This document shows, piece after piece, positions 23,721-37,178 of a DNA stretch of 64,000 nt. Source of the DNA: Macrostomum lignano (lineage: Eukaryota); the NCBI GenBank assembly GCA_002269645.1, contig NIVC01000646.1, forward strand, positions 416,616 to 480,615, written 5' to 3'. The notes beneath the pieces are model-generated. The model worked only from the letters and a program-made list of their open reading frames with translations. It was not told the origin of the DNA and did not search any database. Position 1 is the first letter of the stretch. Each line of letters opens with the position of its first letter. The position numbers and the translations under genes are program-made.

Positions 23721-24715
23721 CTACTTGACCGCAAAGCCCTCCAGCTGCTCCTGCACCAGCAGCGCATGCAGCGGCATGTCCCAGTTGCGCCCGTAGTTCA
23801 ACTGGCTGAAGCCGGCGCCGTCGAGACTGGCCTCCGGCTTGTTCAGCAGGCGGCAGTCACAGAACAGCAGCGACCAGGCGGGCTGGCAGAGCCACTGGAC
23901 CAGTCGAGCCCAACGCCGAGTAGAGGCTACGTGCTCCAGAAAGATAAACACGCCGTTCTGCGGGATTGTCGATATCGCGCATAGAAACCAGCATGGAAAC
24001 CGCATAGCAACCAGTATGAAACGGCACCGAAACCAAGCAAAAAAACCACATAGCAACCAGTATAGAAGTCGCATAACAACCAGCATAAAAACCGCATAGC
24101 TACCGGCATAGAAACTGCATAACAACCAGCATAGAAACCGCAAAGAAACCGCATAGCAACCAGCATAGAAACCGCATGGCAACAGGGAGAGAGAGCACGC
24201 ACTGGCTTGAGCACGCGGGCAATCTCCCCCAACACTCGGTCGGTGTCCCGCACGGAGCACAGCACAAACGTGCCCACAACAGCGTCGAAAGATTCGTCGG
24301 GAAAAGCGTCGACCAGATCTTCGGCGCCGCGGACTAGGTGCCGCTCCAGCCGAATGCTCGGCCACCTGGCGACCTCGGACAGCAGGTAGGGCCGGGTTGC
24401 CAGACAGGGGTCCACAACGGACAGGAAGATGCGGCCGCGAAACGCGGCCGTCATGAAGGCGAAGTTCGCCCCGGACCCGCCGCCAACCTCCAGAACGCGG
24501 ATGAAGCGGCGCCCGGAGAATCTGTCGCCGAGGCAGGCGAACAGCTTCCGCTTCCGGTCCCAGCAGAGAGCGTTGTAAGCCCGGGAAATTCGGTCCATCA
24601 GGTGGGCGTACACCTCGGCGCGGTGGCGGCTGTACAGCAGGACCACGGCGCCGAGGAGGAACACCGCGGCGGCGATGGTTGATGATACAAGCGAGCAGTC
24701 AGACAGGTGCAACAT
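23721..24715 (-). CDS. METTL7: METTL7/TMT1-like SAM-dependent thiol methyltransferase, exons 24203-24715 and 23721-23957, 249 aa
   Basis: N-terminal membrane anchor; LEVGGGSGANF (motif I); DESFDAVVGTFVLCSV; VLKP|NGVFIFLEHV across a phase-0 intron. Confidence 0.92.
23985..24180. repeat. Degenerate ~23-bp repeat filling the METTL7 coding intron
   Basis: CATAGCAACCAGCATAGAAACCG-like units. Confidence 0.8.
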
Positions 24716-24744
24716 TGTGCTCAGGACCTTGCGGGTTGTTAGAG

Positions 24745-26257
24745 TGGGGGGTCAGGGTGCTGGAGTAGGGGTCAGAGTGTTGGAGTGGGGTCAGGGTGTT
24801 GCAGTGGGGTCAGGGTGTTGCAGTGGGGTCAGGGTGTTGGAGTGGGGGTTAGGGTGCTGGAGTGGGGGTTAGGGTGTTGGAGTGGGGTCAGGGTGTTGGT
24901 GGGGTCAGGGTGCTGGAGTAGGGGTCAGGGTGTTGGAGTGGGGTCAGGGTGCTGGAGTAGGGGTCAGGGTGTTGGAGTGGGGTCAGGGTGCTGGAGTAGG
25001 GGTCAGGGTGTTGGAGTGGGGTCAGGGTGCTGGAGTAGGGGTCAGGGTGTTGGAGTGGGGTCAGGGTATTGGAGTGGGGTCAGGGTGCTGGAGTAGGGGT
25101 CAGGGTGTTGGAGTGGGGTCAGGGTGCTGGAGTAGGGGTCAGGGTGTTGGAGTGGGGTCAGGGTATTGGAGTGGGGTCAGGGTGCTGGAATAGGGGTCAG
25201 GGTGTTGGATGTTGGTGGGGTCAGGGTGCTGGAATAGGGGTCAGGGTGTTGGAGTGGGGTCAGGGTGCTGGAGTAGGGGTCAGGGTGTTGGAGTGGGGTC
25301 AGGGTATTGGAGTGGGGTCAGGGTGCTGGAGTAGGGGTCAGGGTGTTGGAGTGGGGTCAGGGTGCTGGAGTAGGGGTCAGGGTGTTGGAGTGGGGTCAGG
25401 GTATTGGAGTGGGGTCAGGGTGCTGGAATAGGGGTCAGGGTGTTGGATGTTGGTGGGGTCAGGGTGCTGGAATAGGGGTCAGGGTGTTGGAGTGGGGTCA
25501 GGGTGCTGGAGTGGGGTCAGGGGGCTGGAATAGGGGTCAGGGTGTTGGAGTGGGGTCAGGGTGCTGGAGTAGGGGTCAGGGTGTTGGAGTAGGGGTCAGG
25601 GTGTTGGAGTGGGGTCAGGGTATTGGAGTGGGGTCAGGGTGCTGGAATAGGGGTCAGGGTGTTGGAGTGGGGTCAGGGTGCTGGAGTAGGGGTCAGGGTG
25701 TTGGAGTGGGGTCAGGGTATTGGAGTGGGGTCAGGGTGCTGGAATAGGGGTCAGGGTGTTGGATGTTGGTGGGGTCAGGGTGCTGGAATAGGGGTCAGGG
25801 TGTTGGAGTGGGGTCAGGGTGCTGGAGTGGGGTCAGGGGGCTGGAATGGGGGTCAGGGTGTTGGAGTGGGGTCAGGGTGCTGGAGTAGGGGTCAGGGTGT
25901 TGGAGTAGGGGTCAGGGTGTTGGAGTGGGGTCAGGGTATTGGAGTGGGGTCAGGGTGCTGGAATAGGGGTCAGGGTGTTGGATGTTGGTGGGGTCAGGGT
26001 GCTGGAGTAGGGGTCAGGGTGTTGGAGTGGGGTCAGGGTGCTGGAGTAGGGGTCAGGGTGTTGGAGTGGGGTCAGGGTATTGGAGTGGGGTCAGGGTGCT
26101 GGAATAGGGGTCAGGGTGTTGGATGTTGGTGGGGTCAGGGTGCTGGAATAGGGGTCAGGGTGTTGGAGTGGGGTCAGGGGGCTGGAATGGGAGTCAGGGT
26201 GTTGGAGTGGGGTCAGGGTGCTGGAGTAGGGGTCAGGGTGCTGGAGTGGGGGTCAGG
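24745..26257. repeat. G-rich ~20-bp minisatellite with higher-order blocks
   Basis: GGGGTCAGGGTG(T/C)TGGAGT units; variant GGATGTTGGT recurs at 140-320 bp intervals. Confidence 0.95.
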
Positions 26258-26313
26258 GATCAATTGAGAAAATTAGAACAAGTGCGCTGTAACTTCAGGT
26301 GCGACTCACTTAC

Positions 26314-26400
26314 CCACTAAGCCTCAAACTGAATGGCGGATTGGCGCCCAGTTTTGAGTAGATTTCCTCCGCAAAGCGCCAAAATTGAAGAGTTGCAAGT
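26314..26400 (-). other. Probable non-coding 5'UTR exon of METTL7 (upstream end unknown)
   Basis: Consensus donor TGG|GTAAGT at 26313 pairs with a branch-like CTAAC and an AAG acceptor at 24728, 12 nt before the ATG. Confidence 0.5.
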
Positions 26401-26887
26401 AGAAATATTTATATACAGGCTACCCCCCCCACCCAGGCTCTCTCAATCATCGCCAATGTTCAGCTTGATCCAACTGCGGTTTCCAAGAGGGCGTTGCCAC
26501 ACTATAAGCCATGGGGCGTCACCGGAAGAAAGGCGCGCCTGCATGACGGTGATGAAGGATTAGGGACGGCTAACCTGAGGGCTCGTTAAAGTGCTCTCCG
26601 GTGGCATCCAGCCACCCACACAAATAATCCTTGCACGCGGGATAAAAGCGGCAATCAAACAAACACGGATACCGCAGCTGAGTCAAGTCCGCTTCCGCAT
26701 CTGATAGGCTTGCCAGCCTGGCCTTCAATTATAGCTCATGACAGATGAGGCTGGCAAAGCTTTTTATTGCACATCTGAGCAGTAGAATGAATGGCTCATT
26801 GTACTTGCGATTCACGGGATTACACCCTAGCAACCAGTTAGAGATCGCCGCTACAAAGAGAAAAGCAAAGAAATCAAACTGTTGCAG

Positions 26888-28215
26888 AGGTGGGTCAGCT
26901 CATGATTCACACTGGGTCAATCGGGAGAGAGGTGGGTCAGCTCATGATTCACACTGGGTCAATCTCGGAGAGGTGGGTCAGCTCATGATTCAAACTGGGT
27001 CAATCTCGGAGAGAGGTGGGTCAGCTCATGATTCAAACTGGGTCAATCTCGGAGAGGTGGGTCAGCTCTTGATTCACACTGGGTCAATCTCGGAGAGAGG
27101 TGGGTCAGCTCATGATTCAAACTGGGTATATCGGGAGAGAGGTGGGTCAGCTCATGATTCACACTGGGTCAATCTCGGAGAGAGGTATGTCAGCTCATGA
27201 TTCAAACCGGGTCAATCTCGGAGAGAGGTGGGTCAGCTCATGATTCAAACTGGGTCAATCTCGGAGAGGTGGGTCAGCTCATGATTCAGACTGGGTCATT
27301 CTCGGAGAGAGGTGGGTCAGCTCATGATTCACACTGGGTCAATCTCGGAGAGAGGTGGGTCAGCTCATGATTCACACTGGGTCAATCTCGGAGAGAGGTA
27401 GTGTCAGCTAATGATTCAGACTGGGTCAATCTCGGAGAGAGGTGGGTCAGCTCATGATTCACACTGGGTCAATCTCGGAGAGGTGGGTCAGCTCATGATT
27501 CACACTGGGTCAATCTCGGAGAGAGGTGGGTCAGCTCATGATTCAGACTGGGTCAATCTCGGAGAGAAAGGGGTCAGCTCATGATTCACACTGGGTCAAT
27601 CTCGAAGAGAGGTGGGTCAGCTCATGATTCACACTGAGTCAATCTCGAAGAGATTGGGGGGTCAGCTCATGATTCAAGCTGGGTAAATCGGGAGAGAGGT
27701 GGGTCAGCTCATGATTCACACTGGCTCAATCTCGGAGAGAGGTGCGTCAGCTCATGATTCACACTGGGTAAGTCGGGAGAGAAGTGGGTCAGCTCATGAT
27801 TCACACTGGGTAAATCGGGAGAGAGGTGGGTCAGCTCATGATTCACACTGGGTCAATCTCGGAGAGAGGCGGGTCAGCTCATGATTCACACTGGGTCAAT
27901 CTCGGAGAGAGGTAGTGTCAGCTAATGATTCAGACTGGGTCAATCTCGGAGAGAGGTGGGTCAGCTCATGATTCAAACTGGGTCAATCTCGGAGAGAGGT
28001 GGGTCAGCTCATGATTCAAACTGGGTCAATCGGGAGAGAAGTGGGTCAGCTCATGATTCACACTGGGTCAATCTCGGAGAGGTGGGTCAGCTCATGATTC
28101 ACACTGGGTCAATCTCGGAGAGAGGTGGGTCAGCTCATGATTCAAACTGGCTCAATCTCGGAGAGAGGCGGGTCAGCTCATGATTCAAACTGGGTCAATC
28201 GGGAGAGAAGTGGGT
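26888..28215. repeat. 39-43-bp minisatellite
   Basis: Unit GAGAGGTGGGTCAGCTCATGATTCACACTGGGTCAATCTCGGA. Confidence 0.95.
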
Positions 28216-28885
28216 CAAGAAAAATCGGATTAGATAAAAAGAAAATAACGAGCAGAAAATGCGTGAAAACAAAGATTTCCAAATACAAACTGGTCCTCCA
28301 AAAACCAAAATAAAAATTATAATACTCCCTCTATTTAGCAAGACCGCAATACGCTACTTATAATTTATTGCAAAGTAGCAATTTAAGGACATAAAATAAG
28401 CCAGAGAGACAGATGCACAAATCAAATAAATTGAATAATATGCAACAAATAAAAGTTGACTCGAATCGATAACATAATATCCAAAAACAGATAAGCCAAC
28501 ATGTCACCCGCGGAAGAAAACAACAAAGTGAATCACGAGACGGCGCAAAAATCAGTTAATAAAATCAGCGCATTAATAAATTAAGGAAGGCTAAGCTTTT
28601 GCTGCGATAAAAATCGAATATTCGACTATGGATTAGTAAATATGATGACAACTAATGTCATCATCAAAAATACTATTGTGCGAGCGAAATTAATTATGAC
28701 ACGCCACTCTATACGCTCAGACACTTAACTACAATCACGTGTGGCATGAAAAGGATAGATACGATTGTAGACAGAATCGATATTCATACATTTATAGAAT
28801 ATTACATATTAATACATATATCGGTTGAGACGGACCGATGGGCTAAGAAGACAGACAGGCACACTAAACTGCCACTAAGAAAGAA

Positions 28886-28954
<69 letters not shown>

Positions 28955-28975
28955 CACAGACAGACAGACAGACAC

Positions 28976-29017
<42 letters not shown>

Positions 29018-29045
29018 GGACAGACAGACAGACAGACGGACAGGA
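28886..29045. repeat. (CAGA)n microsatellite
   Basis: Direct reading. Confidence 0.95.
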
Positions 29046-29059
29046 AGAGACCAGATCAG

Positions 29060-30085
29060 GTAGGGATCATCACAACAGGGATCATCGAAGAACATCAGGG
29101 ATCATCAAAGAACATTAGTGATCATCAGTGATCATTAGGGAACATTAGGGAGCATTAGGGATCATCAGTGATCATCAAGGATCATCAGTGATCATCAGGG
29201 ATCATCAAGGATTATCGAAAAACATCAGGGATCGTCAAGGATCATCAAAGAACATCAGGAATCACCAGTGATCATCAGTGATCATCAGGGATCATCAGTA
29301 ATCATCAGGGATCATCAGTGATCATCAGGGATCATCAGTAATCATCAGTGATCATCAGTGATCATCAAAGATCATAAGGGATCATCAGGGATCATTAGTG
29401 ATCATCAGGGATCATCAGTGATTATCAAGGATCATCAGTGATCATCAGTGATCATCAATGATCATCAAGGATCATCAGTGATCATCAATGATCATCAGGG
29501 ATCATCAGTGATCATCAATGATCATCAGGGATCATCAGTGATCATCAATGATCATCAAGGATCATCAGTGATCATCAATGATCATCAGGGATCATCAGTG
29601 ATCATCAATGATCATCAGGGATCATCAGTGATCATCAATGATCATCAAGGATCATCAGTGATCATCAATGATCATCAAGGATCATCAGTGATCATCAATG
29701 ATCATCAAGGATCATCAGTGATCATCAATGATCATTAGGGATCATCAGTGATCATCAATGATCATCAGGGATCATCAGTGATCATCAATGATCATCAGGG
29801 ATCATCAGTGATCATCAATGATCATCAGGGATCATCAGTGATCATCAATGATCATCAAGGATCATCAGTGATCATCAATGATCATCAGGGATCATCAGTG
29901 ATCATCAATGATCATCAAGGATCATCAGTGATCATCAATGATCATCAAGGATCATCAGTGATCATCAATGATCATCAGGGATCATCAGTGATCATCAATG
30001 ATCATCAAGGATCATCAGTGATCATCAATGATCATCAAGGATTATCAGTGATCATCAGTGATCATCAGTGATCATCAGGGATCGT
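29060..30085. repeat. 10-bp GATCATCA(GT/AT/GG/AG) satellite with 30-bp higher-order unit
   Basis: Degenerate at the left, regular 30-mers at the right. Confidence 0.95.
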
Positions 30086-30107
30086 CACACAGCAGTCCAG
30101 CCGCTGA

Positions 30108-31801
30108 TTAAAGGCCTACAAATATGGAATGAGTGACAGCAGACGCGGGCTGTTCGGCAGCAAAGTCCAGGCTGTCGTAACCGGTTCGGCGCTGATGCTG
30201 GCAGCTGTGGCTGAGCCGCAAGAAGCCCCAATAGCGACAGTTGCCGGGGCCGCTGCAAAAATAAGATTGAGCTGCATTGCTAAATCAAGTAAAAATTTGA
30301 GAACATTTTGACGGCATTGTCCAGAATAAGCATCGGGTCACTACGGTGGATGACAGACAAATTTTGTGCAGCGAACACACAGAAACTGAAGCTTCTAAGT
30401 AGGCCATACGAATTTTCGGAGACAATTGTTAACTACCAGTATGATACAGTCATGCAGCTTGCACCTTATAAGTAATTTTGTTTTAAAAATAAGTACTCTT
30501 ATTATTGTTACCTTTAACGCTTCTTTAGTGTTAATGTGCGTTTCTGTGAATAACAGAAGACAATGCAAAACAAAGTTGATGAGTTGAGCCACGTATGCTA
30601 ATTATGCACAATACTTCGTGTACATTGTATATACATGTACATTATGCACAATAGTTCATGTACACTGTATATGCATGTACATTATGCACAATATTTCATG
30701 TACACTGTATATGCATGTACATTATGCACAATAGTTCATGTACACTGTATATACATGTACATTATGCAAAATAGGTCATGTACACTGTATATGCATGTAC
30801 ATTATGCACAATAGTTCATGTACACTGTATATACATGTACATTATGCAAAATAGGTCATGTACACTGTATATGCATGTAAATTATGCACAATAGTTCATG
30901 TACAATGTATATGCATGTACATTATGCACAATAGTTCATGTACAATGTATATGCATGTACATTATGCACAATAGTTTGTGTACATTGTATATGCATGTAC
31001 ATTATGCACAATAGTTCATGTACAATGTATATGCATGTACATTATGCACAATAGTTTGTGTACATTGTATATGCATGTACATTATGCACAATAGTTCATG
31101 TACAATGTATATGCATGTACATTATGCACAATAGTTCATGTACAATGTATATGCATGTACATTATGCACAATAGTTCATGTACAATGTATATGCATGTAC
31201 ATTATGCACAATATTTCATGCACACAGCAAACATGTACACTATGTACACTAAGTAAATTTCGCAAGTTTTTACATGCTTACAGCGAATAATAAATAAACA
31301 AAAAAAGCTTCTGCAATCTTCAGGTGCAAACAAAGCAAGAGGGTACACATGAAGGTCCTGCAAGTCAATTCGGATAGAAATGCAAGCTATAATAAATCAA
31401 GCTTCGTGTCTATGGCCCAAAAAGGGGATCTACTACGTTCGTAGAGCAACCAATTAGAGAATTTTGGCGTGTCTTTCGGGTACAAAGACACGGCATACCC
31501 ACCTGGCAGTTTTACAGCTAGGCAATTTGAATTCGCGCGTCAATACCAGACAGATTGGCAGGCTGCCAAGATCGTAATAGGCGGTGAAGTGAAACAGGAT
31601 ATTGGCGTAAACTACGGCGTATTCCGCAACGGCAAAGTAGGTGTACACTGGAATGAAGGGGTTTCAACAGAGCGGTGAAACAATGCGCAATGCAGAACAC
31701 TACTATGAGTAGCTAAATCCACAGTGAAAGCTCTTAAACTATTAACATGGATCGAATATCCTGTTAAAGGCAGACAGACAGACTGACAGAAAGACAGACA
31801 T

Positions 31802-31898
<97 letters not shown>

Positions 31899-32449
31899 GC
31901 ACTATGACTATTTCTGTGTGAAAAAGCTACTTAACAAACTATCGATCAAGTCGTGCTTGCATTGAACTCACTCATGTCCTCGCAGTAGGCCTGGTGCCTG
32001 GCGTAAAAGTACACGGCTAGAAGGATGCTGGCGCAATAGGCAGAGAGCAGCAGCAGTTTGGCCAGAAAGCACTGAAACGGTTAAATATACAGTAAAAACG
32101 TTGCTTTTTTAACTATATGTAAATTAAAAACAGGAAGGCACTAAACGGCCTACTCACCCTAGTAGTGAATAAGACGCGCTGGGTGCCGGCTATAAACTTG
32201 GACCGGATTCGCGAGGCAACCCACAGATGCAGCAGCATGTAGGCGAATGAGGAGAGCAGGAAGGTGATAAAGCAGTTCCGGTGAACGGCTGCGGGAATTG
32301 GTGAACGGCTTCCTTTGTTGAACAGGATATTAGCAGAAAAGGGACTGACATCATGAATATGGTAGGCAAATGACAGACAGGGGAATTTAATATGCAAACA
32401 GTCAGACAGGCACAGAAAGACAGACAGACAGACAGACTGAGACAGATTT

Positions 32450-32488
<39 letters not shown>

Positions 32489-32491
32489 CTA

Positions 32492-32543
<52 letters not shown>

Positions 32544-33489
32544 TGACTGAGACAGACTTACAGACAGACAGACAGACAGACAGGCAGACAGACAGACAGA
32601 CAGACAGACAGACTGACAGGCAGACAGACAGACAGACAGACAGACAGCCAGCCACACGGACGCCCACCATAGTTATCAGTAGAGGCAATCACGGAGAGGC
32701 CCAGCAGCGAGGCCAGCTCCAGACAGCCCAGCCCAAAGTGGGCCCCCGGGATGAGGCTGGCAGCCCCGCAGCTGTCCGACACCCGCCAAGTTGCTGACAG
32801 CCGCGCCGCGATCTCCTGACGGTAGGCGGCCGCCACCAGCAGGCGGAGGGCGCAGCTGACGGCGATGCTGACGGACCAGATCCGCTTCTCCAGGCTGCGC
32901 TGCCCCACCGCTGCGCTGATTGACGGCAGTCGGTTGACGTTCTGCAATAGACAGCGGATGTCCAGCCTGTCTGATCTCAGCCTATCTAATCTCAGCCTAT
33001 CTGATCTCAGCCTGTCTGATCTCAGCCTGTCTGATCTCAGCCTGTCTGATCTCAGCCTGTCTGCTCCCAACCTATCTGATCTCAGTCTGTCTGATCTCAG
33101 CTTGTCTAATCTCAGCCTGTCTGCTCCCAACCTATCTAATCTCAGTCTGTCTGATCTCAGCTTATATAATCTCAGCCTGTCTAATCTCAGATTGATAGAC
33201 CAAGACTGAAAGACAAAGATAGCCATGCTGAGATTGACAGGCTTATCTCGTCCGAGCGATCTAATTGTTTTCCTTCGATTCCCTGTCTATATATTATTTT
33301 ATGGATCTCATCTCAGCTGGTGACTATGGCCATTTATAGTTATTAAACTCCGCTGCTTACTCTGCAGTGCGTAGCCAGCGCACCCTCCCCGCGGTAGTGC
33401 ACCGCAATGCATACGCAGGCTAGCAGGGCCGCAGCAGGCAGAGCGGAGGCAAACAGGGCCAGAGGTCGCATCCAGCTGCCGCTGCTCAT
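30108..33489 (-). CDS. PGAP2: PGAP2 (Frag1/DRAM/Sfk1 family, GPI-anchor remodelling): exons 33361-33489, 32668-32941, 32158-32288, 31972-32071, 31503-31647, 30108-30252 (307 aa). Read-through to the stop at 31454 gives 275 aa.
   Basis: ATHCR|NVNRLPSISAAVG, VHRNCFITF, YFYARHQAYCE and YTYFAVAEYAVVYANILFHFTAYYDL align to PGAP2 THCGVPNYLPSVS / IHENAF / YFRHNMYCE / YTIFAILEY...FHMTAWWDF. All phases consistent. Confidence 0.9.
30595..31245. repeat. 40-bp minisatellite in the last PGAP2 intron
   Basis: Unit ATTATGCACAATAGTTCATGTACAATGTATATGCATGTAC. Confidence 0.95.
31770..31897. repeat. (CAGA)n in PGAP2 intron
   Basis: Direct reading. Confidence 0.95.
32400..32650. repeat. (CAGA)n in PGAP2 intron
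   Basis: Direct reading. Confidence 0.95.
32965..33195. repeat. 15-bp repeat in the first PGAP2 coding intron
   Basis: CTCAGCCTGTCTGAT units. Confidence 0.9.
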
Positions 33490-33572
33490 GTTAAGTAACT
33501 CTCTGCTGCGCACTGCAGTTACAGGCGGGCCAGAAATGCCGATAAACAGCGGCTGTCTTAGCCGTAAAACTC

Positions 33573-34915
33573 AAGGATGTGCTGCGAGAGTGTGACGTAC
33601 TCAAGGATGTGCTGCAGAGTGTGACGTACTCAAGGATGTGCTGCAGAGAGTGTGAAGTACTCAAGGATGTGCTTCATAGAATGTGACGTACTCAAGGATG
33701 TTGCAGAGAGTGTGACGTACTCAGGATGTGCTTCATAGAGTGTGACGTACTCAAGGATGTTGCAGAGAGTGTGACGTACTCAAGGATGTGCTGCAGAGTG
33801 TGACGTACTCAAGGATGTGCTGCAGAGAGTGTGAAGTACTCAAGGATGTGCTGCCGAGAGTGTGAAGTACTCAAGGATGTATTTCAGAGTGTGACGTACT
33901 CAAGGATGTTGCAGAGAGTGACGTACTCAAGGATGTGCTGCAGAGTGTGACGTACTCAAGGATGTGCTGCAGAGAGTGTGAAGTACTCAAGGATGTATTT
34001 CAGAGAGTGTGACGTACTCAAGGATGTTGCAGAGAGTGACGTACTCAAGGATGTGCTGCAGAGTGTGAAGTACTCAAGGATGTGCTGCAGAGAGTGTGAA
34101 GTACTCAAGGATGTGCTGCCGAGAGTGTGAAGTACTCAAGGATGTATTTCAGAGAGTGTGAAGTACTCAAGGATGTGCTGCAGAGAGTGTGAAGTACTCT
34201 AGGATGTGCTGCAGAGAGTGTGAAGTACTCAAGGATGTGCTGCCGAGAGTGTGAAGTACTCAAGGATGTATTTCAGAGAGTGTGAAGTACTCAAGGATGT
34301 ATTTCAGAGAGTGTGAAGTACTCAAGGGTGTGCTTCATAGAATGTGACCTACTCAAGGATGTATTACAGAGAGTGTGACGTACTCAAGGATGTATTTCAG
34401 AGAGTGTGACGTACTCAAGGATGTATTTCAGAGAGTGTGACGTACTCAAGGATGTTGCAGAGTGTGACGTACTCAAGGATGTGCTGCAGAGAGTGTGAAG
34501 TACTCTAGGATGTGCTGCAGAGAGTGTGAAGTACTCAAGGATGTGCTTCATAGAATGTGACCTATTCAAGGATGTATTACAGAGAGTGTGACGTACTCAG
34601 GATGTGCTTCATAGAGTGTGACGTACTCAAGGATGTTGCAGAGAGTGTGACGAACTCAAGGATGTGCTGCAGAGTGTGACGTACTCAAGGATGTGCTGCA
34701 GAGTGTGACGTACTCAAGGATGTGCTGCAGAGTGTGACGTACTCAAAGATGTATTACAGAGGATGTGACGTACTCAAAGATGTATTACAGAGGGTGTGAC
34801 GTACTCAAAGATGTATTACAGAGGGTGTGACGTACTCAAAGATGTATTACAGAGGGTCTGACGTACTCAAAGATGTATTGCAGAGTGTGACGTACTCAAG
34901 GATGTGCTGCAGGGA
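33573..34915. repeat. ~29-31-bp minisatellite upstream of the PGAP2 ATG
   Basis: GTGTGACGTACTCAAGGATGTGCTGCAGA(GA) units. Confidence 0.95.
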
Positions 34916-37052
34916 GTATGCTGTGTGCTCAAGAATGTGAACATGAACTGGTAACAGACTCTAATTGTGAGCACCTTATTACACAAGCATACTACTTAGG
35001 CTTGGTGTTTCAACAGCATATGATGCACAATTGAGAAACGGCACTGAGTAGAGGTAGAAAATCCACATTAACGCGGGTTGAGCACTCAGGCAAAGAGCTG
35101 CTCTCACTTAAATAACAGCTTTATGAAATATTATATTGATATAATTGATACACTGTTGATCCACTAGCTTGTTTATTGCAGAGACCAAAAAATTCAGCTA
35201 TCATTCAGTTTTCACTGAACCGCGCATTTCAAAGTCAAATAATACACTGTAAAGTCGCATATACTACTAAGATAGTAGGGTAATAAACGCATGCGAGTGA
35301 CCGAATGAGTACGCACGCGGCGGTCCTGTGTGTACTGATGCTTACTAGTAGAAAATGATAAAATATGAAAAAAACCTGGAATTTCACAACCTGCACAGTT
35401 TGATCCGACCCGTACATTATTGCGCAAAAATACCAATTACAAGAATACTTGAATGTATAGCTCGTAAGTCCATACGCTTAACACTACTAAATAGCTATTA
35501 GTAGCAATGAAAGCAGAAACTGTGCGAAATTGTAATAAGAATAAGAAATTCATCTTCATCTAAAATATGACAAGCATAACACAAACAACAAGCAACGGAT
35601 GAACAAAGGAAAGCATTGATTTTATGAAGAGTTCAGGACTTAGGTTGAATTTTAGCTAGTAAAAAATATAGAACGCCTCATAGTAAAAAAGCACGCGTTT
35701 GATTACAAAAATGGCGTGCCAAAGGTACTCAAAACTACAATGAATATTTGGTCCTCTGCAACTCGCACAAGTGAGACAGAGGTAGGCAGAGCCAATTATT
35801 CATTAGACCTAATGACGCAGCTCTGAGTTGGTAATAATTCTTCTTTGGAAAAGTAAAAAAAATATCAAGACATATAGAGTATATACGGCATACGGGAAAT
35901 GAAAAACATTACGAAGACTAAAGCACTGCTAGAGCCTGCAGTGGATTTTTATACTATAAAATCATGCCCGCCAGTGTAAAAGGTAGCAATGCGAGAAAGC
36001 AGCTGACTCTGAGAATGCGCGCGACTTTCATGACAAGTAGGACAGACAGGTAGAGACAGAGGCTGGGGAATACGAAGACAGACAGAGGACACATTTGAGG
36101 GGGGGGGAAGAGCTCAGCGGTAACCGCATCTGACTCTCGCACTTCAACACAGGTAAAATAAGAAAGAAGTGACTCTAGAGGACTCTAAAACGACAATATC
36201 AAAAATTTAAATTTGAGGTATTTTATTGTACGGCTCGTAGTCTACTTGAGTTAGTAGAAAGTTAAGCGCTAACCACAGATTCTAGAATGACTGGATGAGC
36301 CACTCAGGCATATATACTTAGCAAAACAGCTTTCTACTTTCAGTTCAGTAGCAAAGAAGAATACATAAGCTATTTTTATAAGAAGGCAGCTGAACTAACT
36401 TTGATAAGTTTAGAAGCCCAAAGCTTGCAGGCGTAAACGACTTGCTAATTGGTTCAGCAGTAATGTACATTAGCCAGTCCACTGAAATGTACATGGCAGC
36501 TTTAGGCTGGAATTCAGAGGAAGGCAATAAAAATTGGGGCGGGTGGGGGGTAGTGTGGAATGGCGCGGCTGGGGGTGCAGGATGGGGTTTAAGAGCCAAT
36601 GAATGAGACTTGGCTTTAAAAATAGATTAAAATGCTTCTGTTTAATTTACTACTGAACTGAAAGTAGCTTACACGCAAATGTGCTGAGTGGCCCATCTAA
36701 TTTTTTCAAGTATCCGTGGCGCTAACACAATGACTTTTTTTACGATTCTGCAACCCACGCAATGCGCTCGTGACTCAAGGGTTTCCTCTCCGTCGCATCG
36801 CAGTCGTTTAAGTCGTTAAAAAATCACGAGAGTCACCCCAGACTCGCTAGAGTCACGCTAGTGGGTTGCTTCAAATAACTTTTTTGCGATTTTGGTCACG
36901 GTGAATTTTTCAACGGGCATGAGGGTCAGCCCCCAAGGCACAGAGTGTACATGCCTGACGATTGGAAATTCGCAAGGGCCGCTGTACACCCACACCCTGC
37001 GTGAGCGAGTGTATGCTCAGGAGTCAGTGGAATTGCCTCAGCGTTGGTTGCG

Positions 37053-37178
<126 letters not shown>

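Noticed and set aside
15597-33489. Functional FGF-PGAP2 (FRAG1, 'FGFR-activating gene') cluster
   Set aside because: The FRAG1 name comes from a fusion event in rodent cells; nothing in the sequence supports co-function.
35954-36142. Signal-peptide-like ORF as PGAP2 first exon
   Set aside because: It stops without a usable donor; the THCR exon at 33361-33489 supplies the expected N-terminus.
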